Assembly: GCA_028534125.1 (NCBI GenBank)
Contig: CM052817.1
Coordinates: 29,638,001-29,702,000, forward strand
Source: Lama glama
Lineage: Eukaryota
Length of the DNA stretch: 64,000 nt
Reading direction: 5' to 3'
Made by a program: the position numbers and the translations under genes
The notes under the pieces: generated by a model
Seen by the model: the letters and a program-made list of their open reading frames with translations, nothing else
Database searches by the model: none
Told to the model about the DNA's origin: nothing
In this document: positions 11,490-25,433 of the stretch, in pieces
How the letters are laid out: every line of letters begins with the position of its first letter
Position numbering within the stretch: the stretch's first letter is position 1

Positions 11490-12340
11490 ACCAGTTATAC
11501 TAATTAAGCTGTGTTAGATAATACATCAGTCTTGGTTGAATCAAGACATAGAAACTACACAGTGAGTGAAATAGAGAACACTTGATGTAAAGAAACTCTG
11601 TTTCGTACCTTACAGCAGAGGGAGAATACCCATGGAAGGAAAAACTTAAAAGAGGACTCCTGAAGGCTGGGGTCCAGATTCTTTTTAGGAGAAAGTGTAG
11701 TTCCACCTACTGGATATCAGAAATATTCATTGATTTGCCTAAGCCAGAACTATCTGAAGTCACTGGGCAAGAAATAAGCAACTCTCCAGAGAGTGGAAGA
11801 CGTACAGTTCATCCATAACTGATGGTGCAGTTAGCAAGATGGGGTGGTGGCTTGGGGGGAAGCTTCTGGACTTCAGGAAAGCAGTTCAGGGATGTACAGA
11901 AGGAATCAGGGTGCCAGTGTAGGTAGAGGGTCTTTGGGACACTGATTTCTGTGTCAAGAGGACCGCAAGAAGGTGCTCACTAGGCCTCACTGGACTGCAG
12001 TCTCACCAATAGAGAGAGCATGCTTGCTGGCCATAGGTCTGGGCAGACTTCCATCTGATTCTTTACCCTCACCACTGATTCAATAAGCAATACCTGGAAA
12101 CCTAAGGGGATGCCTTTCTTTTGCAATGTCCCTCTACTACTCTCTATTGAGAAAGCTTAATATGTATTATGCTCACTGTAAAGAAGGAGAGGTGCATAAA
12201 GGAACACTATATTTTATAGAGAAGCATATATATGCATATATACACACATATATACATATATTATATATAATATACATACATATACATTATATATTATATA
12301 TATGCACTTGGAGCTGAGAGGTAATAAATTGATAACCTAT
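11490..12340 (-). mobile_element. Old ERV/ERVL-type LTR with an internal (TA/CA)n expansion
   Basis: The end motif GAGAAAGCTTAATAT...TTGGAGCTGAGAGGTAATAAATTGATAAC is typical of old LTR33/LTR78-like elements. The left boundary is uncertain. Confidence 0.5.
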
Positions 12341-13130
12341 ATAGGTAATATGATAAAGCTTCAGATGCTACCCAGTTTCAACTGAAACTCTAGGATTGGA
12401 TAGTGCGATTTCAAAAATAGGGAAATAAGGTAATGATTCCTTTTGGCAGCAGATTTAAATGAGTGGCAAGTGTTGGGACTGGCTTAACCATGTTGGTACA
12501 ATGATGCCAAGCAAGGAAAAGAAGTCCTAACAGATGTTAGGCTTTCTCCTAACATCACCTAGCTGATTGGTTGGCCTCCCCTCCTTTCAAGAGAAAAAAT
12601 AAGGAACACCCTTGGAAAACAGACCTGAATTGATCTATTTTCTTCTGCTCCGTAAAAATGTTGAAACAGAGTAATGCTTTCCCTCAGCTGACTTCAACAA
12701 TCTTTGATGGTCACTAGAATGATATTCACATGACAAACTTTTTCATCCTCAACTTGAGTATAATTTTACAAACTCAGGGCTGTTTCATAAGGTTTAGAGT
12801 AATTCAAATTACAGGAAATAGCATGTATTCATATGAACAATAATCTTGAATAGTATACCATACGAAAACACCAGCTAACTTTTTTTTTATGCTCTTGTAG
12901 GAGATCAGATTCTTAATTATGATTCTATGTGAAACAGAGGCTACACTTTGTGATTTTTAATTGTTCCATAGCTTATAATGAGGATCTCATTCATCAGGAG
13001 TCTCCTCTGTGTACTTGACATGGAGTTAGAAGCAGCAATTTATGAGCTGGGCAAAGAAAGTATGACATTGGAAGATAATGTGTGCCAGTAGCCTAGATTT
13101 TAAGAGATAAAATGATATGAGCAATTTGGT

Positions 13131-15250
13131 CTTTTAAAAACTTTATTGAAATGCAATTTATATAATATGAGCATAAAATTAAGTATCTTTAGTAAATTTA
13201 TAAAGATTTGTCAACAAGCATCATCTAGTCTTAGAACATTTTCATCACCCTGAAGTGTTCCCTTGTGTCTATTTTCAGTCAGTCTCCACTCCCATCCTCA
13301 GCTCCAGGCAACTACTATGCTCCTTCTGTCTCTATAGTCTTGCCTGTCTAGGAAACACCACATAAATGTAGTAAGTCTTTTGTGTCTGGTTTATTTCATT
13401 CAGCATAAGATTTTTGGGGTTTATCCATGTTAGACCATATATCTAAAGTTTATTCCTTTTTATTGCTGAAATTTATTCCTTTGCATAAATATGCAACACT
13501 TTAATCCATTCACAGTTGATAGCCATTTGAAATATTTCCTGATTTTTTTCAAATATGAGTTATCCTGCTATGAATAGTCACATACAAGGTTTTGTGTGGA
13601 TATGTATTTGGTGCTCTTGGATAGATATTTAGGAGTGGAATTGTAGACTCATATTATGAGTTTCCATATAATATTTTAAAGAATTGCCAAATAGTTCTCA
13701 AAGTGGTTAAAACTTTTACATTCCCCCCCAACAATATTTAAGGATTCCAATTTTTCCACAGTCTCCTCTAATCTGCTGCTGTCAGTGCTTTTAAACATAG
13801 CAATTCTAGTTTTTATGTAGCAATATTTCAGTATGTGTTTGTGTTGGGGTGGGGGGTTAAACATAGGTTCATCAAGATGTAATTCATATAACATAAAATT
13901 TATACTTACAAACATATTTTAATGTATGAATAGAATTGTGCAACCATCACCACCACCAAAGTTTGGAATGTTTTTATCACCCTCCAAAAACCTCTATACC
14001 CATTCACAGTCCCCTCCTTCCACTCAGACACACCTGGAAACTACTAATCTGCTTTCTGTGTCTGTGGATTACCTATTCTGAGCATTCAGTATAAATGGAA
14101 TCATATATCTTATGTGATTGGCTTCTATCACTTTGCAAAATGTTTTCAAGATTTATCTATGATGAAGCCTTTATTCATTTTTATTGCTGAGTAAAATGTC
14201 ATTATATGTCAAAATTGTTTTATCCATTTATCAGATGATGGATATTTGAAGTGTTTCTAACTTTGGCTACTATGAATAATGCTGCCATGGACATTAATAT
14301 ACAAGTTTTCATGTGGACATATGCCTTCATTTCTCTTGGGTATATACCTAGCTGTGAAGTTGCTGGGTTATATGCCACTCTATATTTATCCTTTTGAGGA
14401 ATTGCCATACCGTTTTCCAAAGTGAATGCACCATTATACAATCCTATCAACAATTTGGGAGGTTCTAAATTCTCTGCATTTTCACCAGCACTTGCTATTG
14501 TCTGTCTTGTTGATTTTAGCAGTTCTAGCATATGTAAAGTGGTGTTTCATTGTGATTTTCATTTGCATTTCCTTGATAGTTAAAAATGTTGAACATTTTA
14601 GCAAGTAATTATTGGACATATCTTCTTTGGGGAATTGTTTCAAATCATTTTTCCATTTTTAATTAGGTTGTCTTTCTATTATACAGTTGTAAGGAGTTCT
14701 TTTTATTTTCTGTATACAGTTCCTTATTAGATAAATTATATAAAAGTTTTCTCTTACTGTGTGTGCTTTCACTTTCTTGAGTGTGCCCTTGGGAAGCATA
14801 AAAACTTTTCATGATGATTTCCAATTTACCTATTTCTGTTGGTTGCTTGTCCTTATGGTATTGTATCTAGGAAGGCTTTGCCTAACTCAGTGCCATAAAG
14901 ATTACTCCTATGATTTCTTCTAATACTTTTACTGTTTTTGTCCTTACATGTATGTCTCTGATCCATTTTAAGATAATTAATAGATATTTGTGGGAGAGGA
15001 TTCCAAGTTAATTTTTTCATTTATTTTTGTTGCAGTTATCAGTTACCCAGTTTTTGCAGCACCATTTGTTGAAAAGACTATTTTGCTACACTAAGTTGTC
15101 TTAATAATCTTTGTTAAAACTCAATTGACCATAAATATGGGAATTTATTTCTGGATTTTCAGTTGTATTTCGCAGGTGTACAGCCAGCAACACATGGTTT
15201 TAACTGCTATAGCTTTTACAGTATAGTTTGAAATTAGGAGGTAATTTTGT
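13131..15250 (-). mobile_element. Two adjacent or nested L1MB-like 3' fragments (3' ends at ~13131 and ~13850)
   Basis: Two successive L1 3' UTR termini. ORF 14220..14531 translates to the ORF2 C-terminus (YNPATSQLGIYPREMKAYVHMKTC). Confidence 0.85.
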
Positions 15251-16929
15251 AACACTAGTTTTTCATTATAGCGTTTTCTGCTGTGTAGTGAATAAATATT
15301 TTGTAGTGTAACATTATAATTCACTTGTTGTTTAGCTATTTGGTTGTTTTTTAATGGTTTTTCTGGTGATTACAGTTAATGTATTAATTTAAAACAATAT
15401 AGTTTGATAACAGCAACTTAATTTTGATAGTGCAAAAAGAAGGTGCCGCAGTGTAGTTTTGTTCTTTCTTCTCCTTTTGGCTGTCATTTTCATACAAATT
15501 GCATTTTGATAAATTGTAATCTCATCAATGCATTTTTATAATAATTGTTTTATACCGTTGACTTTTAAATCAAATAGAAGAAATTATTAATGAATAAATG
15601 TACATTTGTACTTTGTTTTGTATTTGTCTATGTGGTTACATAGATACTGTTAATTTCTTCATGTGGATTCACATGTGTCTTTTATTTCAGCCTGGACAGT
15701 TTCTGTAGAATTTCTTATAAAGCAGCCCAAGGCAAGAACACCATTGTTCTTGAAAGTTTGAGAGTTTTCCATGAATAAACTCTTCTAAATTTGTTGTCTC
15801 TGGTTCATTTCCAGAGCTCTGAGATGGCTGGTTTTGGCAATTTTGTCCAGCATTTCAGTTGTTTGGGAGATAAGATAGAAAATCTATTCACGCCACTGTA
15901 GCCACCATATGTTGATCTTAACCAGAATTATTAATTATAATATAAAGAAATTGAATAGAAGTTATGCATTATATCTCTGGCTTGCAACTTTAAACTGTTT
16001 TATTGTTGTTGAGTTTCTAGGTGACAAATGATACAGAGAATAGGAGCTTTTGTAAAATTTCATTTGCATTTCATTCGCAATGTAGATTAACTAAAGATAA
16101 TATAAAGAGCACTTCACACATGAATGTAGAACGTTGGCCTGTATCACCATGAGAAGTTACTTGCTTTTGGAAAAAAAAGAATATATGTATTATATACGCA
16201 TACATATAATATATATGTGTGTATGTGTCTATGTGTATGAAATTCACCCTTTATACAAAATGAAAGAATAAAGATGCAAGTTCAAATTTGGACATTTCTT
16301 GGGTATAATAGTCATTATCATGAGAAGCAAAATCCAAGTAATAATATTCATAAATTAGTTATTCCTATTATTAGTATATAGAGGCCTTGTTTTGATCTTT
16401 CTTTGTTATCTTAAACATAACCTTCTAGCATAAATTCCTCCCTAAGCCTAGGCTGTTTTAGGTGCCACTCTTCTGTGGCACAGTTCTCTGAATTTATTCT
16501 GTCTTTATCACATTGCAGTTTTTAGTGTTCAATTTTAGGCTGTAAATTCTTTGCAGGACTATGCCTTATGAAACTGATTTCCTCATGCCTGGCAAAGTAC
16601 TTGGCACATATTAAATAATCAATAAAATTTAGATGAATCACTGAATTGCCTAGACTCAGCATTTTTCTAGATTGTGTTTTATTGAATGTCGAAGTGACAG
16701 AATACTCCAAGGAGAAAAACAAAAGGGCCACATAGTATATAATATGTTTGGGATAATCGTAAAATACATTAATAATAAAAGTGCTTAGAAAATTTGAAGT
16801 GACACACTTTATCTAAATCTTAGCACAATGTTTCAAAAGGATTCCAGAGCTCATTTTATTCTTAGAGACCCAGTAATTTTTGAGTAACTATGGTTTGATG
16901 GGAAATTCTAGCCTAGAAAATCATTGGGT

Positions 16930-17040
16930 CAGACTTAGGCTATTCATTAAGGTTCTACTTATTTGTCGTTTAAGTTTGAACAAATCTGTGTTTTTTCTAA
17001 GATTCTGTGTTCTCATCTGTAAAGTGAAGCTGCTAATAAT
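16930..17040. mobile_element. MIR relic
   Basis: MIR core-like TCTGTGTTCTCATCTGTAAAGTG. Confidence 0.55.
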
Positions 17041-20000
17041 TCAAAGCTGAAAATATGTTGAAGAACCAGTTCCTTCAAAAACATCTATTTCCCATAATGC
17101 AAGTACCATTTTGCATCCTTTCTACATTAGCACAATGAAAGAAAAATTTCAGTGTATTGTAGCATTCTAAAATATAAATTTCTTAAAATCCAAGTGATTC
17201 TTTTGCAATACTTTGAGGGAAGAACTGTACAGAGTAATACATTTGAATTATTAAAAATAATTTGTCTATAACCTCATATTTTAAAAATCAGTGTATCAAA
17301 AGCATGCCAGTCAATGTTTGAAAAAATACACAAATAGAGATAGCTACTCCATATTTTTATTTTTAAAATAGATTTTAGAGACTGTCTTCCAACAGATGCC
17401 TTATCTAATTGTTAGACTCCTAGTTTTTAGTGTTGACAACTAAAGGCATCACATTTCCATAAATTCTGAATCTAATTATTAACTTTTTCTCAGTTATTGA
17501 TTGTAAAATAATCAAACAATATGTATCCTTATTGTCAATATATGGACAGCTATTTAAAATTATTTAGCAATGCTTTTATTAAGTTTAATAAATTTCCTGA
17601 CACTTTTCCTAATTCATCCCTTTTACTGGGTGATCATGGTAGATATGACATAATAAAATGATTTGAAGTTAAGATTCAATCAGCATCTTGCAGTGTTTTG
17701 TAAGATAAGATTTTGTATTATCCTTTCTTGAGAAGAGTGCATCTTATAACATCACCCTGTGATAGAGGTAAAATTGCCTTTCATTCATGTGTGAGATCTT
17801 CTAGCTTGCTGGAGGGGCAGACTGCCAACCTCATATCACAAGGTTTGAAATTACACTGGAAATCACAATGTCTCTTTTCTTGATAGAAACAGCAGGGGAC
17901 AACGGTTGGTTCAGAGAGAGATGGAGACCCCCTGCCTATAATGCTTTAGATTGATTTTTAGAAAAAAAATTCTTTCTTTAAAAAAAAATAATTACCTACT
18001 GCACTCATTGTCCAGTATCTTTGCTTTCTGCTTCTACCTTATTTTTTTCTGCTTTGTATCTCCCTTTCTCTTTAACTGAGAATCCATTCATTTCAGTTAT
18101 GTTGAGATACTAATTATAAAAGAGCTGTTAGTTGGTACACCCTCCTAAAACATCATGATGACTGCCTGCTGTTAGCATTAACACAAAAATGTTACTAACA
18201 ACTCTGTGTTCTTTAAGAATATGTGTTCTCCAAACTGACATCTCTTTTCTTGTCGTCTAAAAGAAAACACATATTCTGTGATGTCTAAACACCAAAAGTA
18301 TTCCATTTTCCAGAAAAAACTAATTACATCTTTCCTTCGAGAAGAAATGTATCAGAATTTATGGATTTTAAATTAATTAAGAGCTGGCTAAAAAAATAAA
18401 TAAATAAAAGAATAATTCATTCATGTATATATGAAAAATTATACATGAATATATACATAAAAAGTATTTTTCATGTATACATGAAAAAGTATTCATTAAA
18501 AAACAAAACAGGCTTCGTCTACTAGATATGTTGCTCTTAGGTTAGCACCATTCTAGTAGGGATTGAAAGAAGAATATTAGTATTGATTTACTCTTCAAAC
18601 AATGGAGAGGCATGCAGTGGTCTAGCAGAGTGGATGGCACCTTGCTCTCCAATGGCTGTGATTGCAGTGCTGTAACTTCTGCCTCTTAAACACACATAGA
18701 TTTCTGAGAAGCTTTGTCTAAAACACTCATAAACAGATTGTTTCGAAGTGTTCCCTGGTTTTCTTGCATCCTAAGCCATATTGACCCAGAAGGGAAAAAT
18801 TAGGAAAATACATGATCTCTCAAGGATAAAGTATATAAGATACAAACCAAATTATAGAAAATTTAGAAGTTTTGTGCTCATATTTTCCAGAGTTGGACAC
18901 AAAGATAAACATACATCCAGCTATGACTTTATTTTTCTTTAAGTTAACGTATTAGTACTGCTGAGAATTGCACTTCAAAACAGTATGTACATTTTATTCC
19001 TGTTCTGCATCAATATTCCGTATTGATTTTTTTATGAAGAACAAAAAAATCACATTTTTTTAAATTATTCTGATAATGTGGAAGTTAGAAAAGTTGAATT
19101 TTCAGGAAGAATATACTGAAACAGTGGCTGGAAAAAAAGAAACATACCTTCTTTCTATTTCAAAGAATTTTTTGTTAGGAGGGCAGCACAGCCTGTACCA
19201 TACCTCCCTCCAGTGCCAGATGCCCATGTGATTTTCCATTAACAGTTCTGGTGGAAATATAGCTGAAGTGACATCTTTTAATATGCATAAATATGGATCA
19301 TAACATCATGTTCAATGCCATATATTATTTTTTAAATAAAAGAAACAGATGAGTTTTGTCAACTTGTTGCTTGACATTATAAAAGTATAATTTTTCTATT
19401 CTTGAGGAACCTTGAAGTTAATGACTCACTCCTACTCGTGAAGGTTAAATCCTTGTTAAAGGCTTCATTGGGCATCTCCTGATGGCGTTGATGATATTTT
19501 AAATCTAAGTCAAATAAATCTTGGTGAAATTTCATTTAATATGTTAGTCTGCTCCTTCTTTTAGACGTTTTTAAACTTTGTGGATTCTGTTTTTGTTGAT
19601 TACCCATTATTTTCATTGTTTTTAATTCTGTCCTTGAGTGTTATTTTCACTTATGGATAGAGTGTTAGAGAAAACTAATCATAAAAGAAAATAAAGGATT
19701 ATTTTCACATATTTTTAGTTGAGAGTAAAGCTAAATTGTGTAGCAAAGTAGGCTTTTAAGACAAAATGTAGTTGTGGGAAAAAATTCTCCTGATATGAAT
19801 TAATTTTTATAGATATCAATAACATTCACAAACATGAATGATAAAGAGGTCATGAAGAGGATAATTTAAAGTTCAAACTATTTTTTAGAAACAGTAAGAA
19901 TTAATAACATTTTTGAGGCAAATATTTTTATCAGGCATTGGCTATATTTTTCTAATTACCATAATGGAAAGATATATAAAAGCATAGATAGAAGATAAAA

Positions 20001-20438
20001 GAAATAATATTTACTAAATATAATCCTAAACTTATTACAATTTACTGCAGACTGGAAAGATTTTTAAATGAAGAAATTTAGATATATGTGATCAGGAGAC
20101 ATATGATACAAATGAAAAAGAAAAAAAAGCAAGTATTTCATAAGGCAGAAAATAACTGAGTTGAAAATTCACGGTGTTTGTATTGATAGAGAATGATGAT
20201 TTTACCAAACTTATAAAAGAAACAAATCATCAGCCTGCAGAGGCTTATGAATATTGGACACTGTTAAGTGTATTAAACAGGTATTAGTAGCATCTGCAAT
20301 GAAGAAGATTAGCAAAGGTTACTTATTTTCTGAACATAATAACCCTTTATTTAACTGCTTATTTTATTTTTGCTTAGGGTTCGATTCCATTTCTTACAGA
20401 TAATACATTTTTGAACTTTTATTTCTCTCGATAAGAAT

Positions 20439-20461
20439 ATCATCATCATCATCATCATCAT
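20439..20461. repeat. (ATC)n microsatellite
   Basis: Read directly. It produces the poly-Met run in ORF 20351..20533. Confidence 0.95.
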
Positions 20462-21249
20462 GATAATTCTCTTCTTTTTGCTTTCTGGCAATCTTGAAGG
20501 GAAAAATAAATACTCAATATAGCCTATCCTCAAGAAGCAGATTTGTAAACACTCATTACTGTAAAAAATAGATTTTTACCTGTCCTTTGAAAGAGACAGG
20601 CATGTAGATGGGTGTATCAGGGCACATGTTACGGCCTGATCACAATAGGTTGAAGATAATTATATTGAACTCTTTACATAGTATGGTACTAGTTGTTTAA
20701 TACATGATTTGTGCAGAACTAGTTGAACCAAGCTCATTGTCCTTCTCCTCCCCCAAAAGATAAGGTAAACATTTATACTGTTTCCTTCTTATATATACAG
20801 TTTTACTTACACTTTTGTTTTACTCTACACAATTAATTTTGGTTTGAGATTAGATCCACTGTGTATTTTTTATGTTTAAAACACTTTCCCTAAAATTACA
20901 CAGAATAAATAACAATTTAGTGAATTGTGTTGTTCCACTAGTTTTGTTAATTCTCCATAAGCATGAAAGGCATTTTCACACATACTAGATTCTACTGAAA
21001 ATACTTAAATCTGTCCTATTTATGTAACTATGATTGCTTCAATAATAAGAAATTTTATTTATTCTAACTTTAAAGCATATTTTTAGATACATTATTTCAA
21101 CAGAGATCTAGAGGTAAATCTCACCCAGAATACAGATGCCATATACCCAAACAAACCGTTAGTCAAAATACTACAACTTAGTATGAGATAATATAGTTGG
21201 AATATATAATGGCTAGGTTGCTTTGTGTTAGATATGTGCAAAGCATATA

Positions 21250-21995
21250 TCTAGCAAACAAACAAACAAAGATGGTAAGTGTTTAAGAACACATGGATAT
21301 TATATCTCCATAAATGTAGAAAAAAATTCAAACAATTTGATTTCAAATTCATTGAGGAAAATTATACAATGATAATTATTTGCAGATAATAAGTTTATGC
21401 ACTTAGAATACTCACATAATCTAAAATAAATTTTAGAATTAAGTAATGGCTTATGCATTTTGCTGCATGTAAAGATTCAAAATTCATTTAATTTCTATTC
21501 ATGAGAAACTAAGGGCCACAAAGTAAAATTTTATAAGAAAGTTACCATGTGCAGTAGGATAAGGACTACCAAAATAAATTTAACATAAATGTGCAATAAA
21601 TATATAAATAAATTATTAATTTTTATTGAAAAACTATTTAAAAGCCCTAAGTGAAAAGAGATTGAAAGTTTCATTCACACCTAGTCAGTATATTAAAGTC
21701 AATATATTTAATGTTAATATATTAAAATATATACAATATATCAGTGCTTTCTTAATAGTTTTAAAGAATCAATACAATTCCCATCTAGTTTTCAATTACA
21801 GTATCTGTGGAATTTGACAAGATAATTTAAAAATATATGCATTTATATATGAGAGTAAAATATCAAAAATATCCAACATGATTGTAATACACAGGGAAGA
21901 AGGAGAGGAAGGGCAGGTTGCCTTACAGAGGTCCCAAAATTAGTACATTAATTAATAGTTAAATTAGTAATTAATAATTAAAACTATATGCCAAG
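21250..21995 (+). mobile_element. Heavily decayed old L1 ORF2 fragment
   Basis: Degenerate ORF2-like motifs such as ATTATTTGCAGATAAT (LFADD) and CATTTAATTTCTAT. Boundaries are approximate. Confidence 0.5.
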
Positions 21996-23697
21996 TATGG
22001 GCATTACTGTCCTGTTCTTGATCTTCGAGGAAAAACTTCCAGCTTTTTGCCATTGGGAATGATATTAGCCATGGCCTTGTTATATATGGCCTTTATTATG
22101 TTTAGGCATGTTCCGTCTATACCCAGTTTGTTGAGAGTTTTTATCATGAATAGATACGGAATTTGTCAAATGCTTTTTCTATATCTATTGAGAGGATCAT
22201 ATGAATTTTATCCTTCATTTTTTTAATGTTGTGTATTACATTTATTGATTTGGATATGTTGAATCATCCTTGCATACAAGGGAAAAACCCTGTTTGGTCA
22301 TGGTGTATGGTCAATCAATGTGATTTTGAGTTTCTCATATTTGGGGGGGAATTTTTGCACCAGGGTCATCAGGGATATTGATTTGTAATTTTCTGTTCTT
22401 TTGGAGTCCTTATCTGACTTTGATATGAAAGTGATGCTGGCCTTGTAACATTAATTTGAAAGTATTCCTTCCTCTTCAATTATTTGGAAGATTTTGAGAA
22501 ATGGCATTAATTCTTCTTTAAACATTCAGTAGATTTCACCCTTAAAGCCATCTGACTTCAGGCTTTTCTTTGTTGAGAGGTTTTTGATTACTGATTCAAT
22601 CTCTTTACTCATTATTGGTCACTCAGATTTTCTAATTATTCCTGATTCAGTCTTGGTAGGTTGTATGTTTCTGGAATTTATCCATTTCTTCTAGGTTATC
22701 CAATTATTGGTATGTCATTGTTCATTGTAGTCTTTTATAATCTTTTGTATTTCTGTGGTGTCAGTTGTAATGTCTCCTATTTTATTTATGATTTTCTTTA
22801 TTTGAAGCTTCTCTCTAGTTAGTCTAGCTAAGGGTTTTTCAATTTTGCTTCAAAAGACTAAATCTTAGTTTCATTTATTTTTTATATTGTTTTTCAGTTC
22901 TCTATCTCAATTATTTCTGCTCTAATGTTCCTTCTAAATTTGGGCTTCTCTTATTCTTTTGATCTTAGTTCTTTGAAGTGTAAATTTAGGTTATACAATT
23001 TTTTTAAATGCATTTATTTATCACTGTAAACTTCCCACTTAGAACTGCTTTTGCTGCATCCCATAACTCTGGTATGTTGTTTCCATTTTCATTTGTTTCA
23101 AGGTATTATTCTAAATTTCTCTTATGATTTCTTTTTTAACTCCTGTTGTCGATTTATAGTTTCATATCATTGTGTTCAGAAAAGATATTTCCTATAATTT
23201 CAATCTTATTAAATCTGTTAAGACTTGTTTTATGGTCTAACATATGATCTGTCTTAGAGAATATTCCATGTGTGCTTGAAAAGAATGTGTACTCTGCTAG
23301 GTTGGATGGACCTATCTCTTAGGTGTATTTGGTCTATAATGTTGTTCAGGTCCACTATTTCCCTATTAATTTTCTGTCTGGATAACCTACCCAATTTGAA
23401 AGTGGAGTATGTATATTTCCTATTATTGTATTATTATCTATTTTGCCTTTATTTCTGTTAATATTTGCTTTATATATTAGCTGCTTCCATGTTGGATGTA
23501 TATATACTTATAACTATTATGTTCTCTAGATTAATTGAAACCTTTAACATTATAAAATGACCTTTGTCTTGTTTTTGGCTTAATGTCTGCGTTGATAGAA
23601 GTATACCTACTGCTGCTCTCTTTTTGTCATCATTTGCATGAATTTTTTTTGACCCCTTTACTTTTAGCCAGTATATGTCCTTAAAACTCAAGTGAAT
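21996..23697 (-). mobile_element. Internal L1 ORF2 fragment (endonuclease to RT domain), no 3' end
   Basis: ORF 23470..23700 resembles the EN domain (HLSFKDIYWLKVKGSKKIHAN...DKGHFIMLK). Typical ORF2 antisense sequence throughout. Confidence 0.9.
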
Positions 23698-25433
23698 CAA
23701 AATTCATCTCTTACATGAGTAAAATTATTGCCTCCTTTTCCAAGTGTTTTAACTTATTCTTCTATTCTTTATTTAAAACCTCCTGAAATAAATATATACA
23801 TAGGGATATACATATAAACGTCCAGTTTTTATTAGTTACCTACCACTATTTGATGTTTATTAAACTTAATATTTTCTTTATCATGTATAAAATATTTTAT
23901 TTATACTTATTAAATTACTTTCTAAGGAATGAATTATCAATTATGTCACATATGTTTGAATTTTTAAAATTTGATATAATGTTATACATTATATTAATAA
24001 AATTTCTATAAAAACTTTTTCATCATGGTGACTTTAATTTTTAAGTATTTCTGAATCCTATTTCTTTTTCCATTATATTAGTTTTTCCCTTTATTCATAA
24101 GTGAAATTTATCTATATATTTACCTTTTCTACAATTTTTCTGATTAAGTGTCATGATTAGTTTGGCTATTTTATTTAAATGAATTGGGCTCAATTATATT
24201 TTTTGTGTATTCTGAATCATAGTCTATACAATTTATGAATGATTAATTTATAATATTTGAAATAATTAAAGTTCAAAATATCTTTACCCTAGAGTCTTAA
24301 CACAGATATAGAAATTTATCTAAAAATAATTTTTTTCAATTTTTCTATTAATTTTGAGCAAATTATTGAAGAGAAGTAAGGAGGAAAAGCTGGTATACTT
24401 CCTTTGCAATATTTCTTTGATATTTTCTGAATACTTGTTTTATTAAAATAACTATTTGTGTATGAATCTATTTTTTCACAAAATCTACATGAAGTAGGAT
24501 AATCATCCCTCTTAAATTTATAAAATTTTCCCCAGATGTGTACCCTTGATTATTACATTATTCACTTGGGATACTTTCTGACTTGTGAATATATATTCTA
24601 TTTACGTTGAGTCTCCAAGAGCTGGCCATCTTACCATTTTTATTTTCTTTTTTCAATTGCATTTCTCTACTTTATTCTTTTGTGTTTTGAGGATGTTTTT
24701 CAAGTGAGTCTGTGAATTTCTAATTGGAATTTCTGCAGTGTCAGCTCTACTCATTACTCACAATGTGGTTTTTACTTTGATAATCATGATTTTCATTTTA
24801 ATGTAGTCTTTCCTACAACCTGTTGACACCACTGAACAACTTTGTTCTTAATGGAAAGAATAAATATCTTGTATTACATAGAAATAATTTGACTAGTGTT
24901 TTATATTTTTTTTGTTTTTGCACTACATACACTTAAATAAACATGATATTTTGGAGTATTTCATCTTACACTTGCATTCTTCCCCACAGACTTGAAGCTG
25001 AGGTGGTTTGTTTTTATTATTGTTTGGTAGTGGTAGTTTATTATTGGTCCTTTATTCCTTAAAAGTTCACTTTGAGAATATAGAAAATGTTTATTTCAAT
25101 AACATGGAAAGAATTTTACACATAGGGACATGAATTCAGAGATTAAATGCGGATGGTTATGACTGATGGGTCTTTTTTTGCTACCTGTTGGACTCTCCAT
25201 GAGGACCCACATTACACTTGACTTGAGAGTACAGTTGCTTTTCAAATTATGGTGATCATACTGAGGAAGCACCCTGTATAGCAGGATGATGATTGTCATG
25301 TCTAAAAATACTAAAATGAGGATGTTATATGATGTAAGATTAGTGAAGGAATGGAAATTTTGGTTTTTGTACAGTTCCTCTGCTTGCTGAGTGACTTTGT
25401 CCTTGACCATCATATTTAACATTTCCTTGCCTA

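Noticed and set aside
18150..18245. Box C/D snoRNA (ATGATGA ... CTGA about 80 nt apart)
   Set aside because: No complementary terminal stem and no recognisable guide sequence. These motifs are expected by chance.
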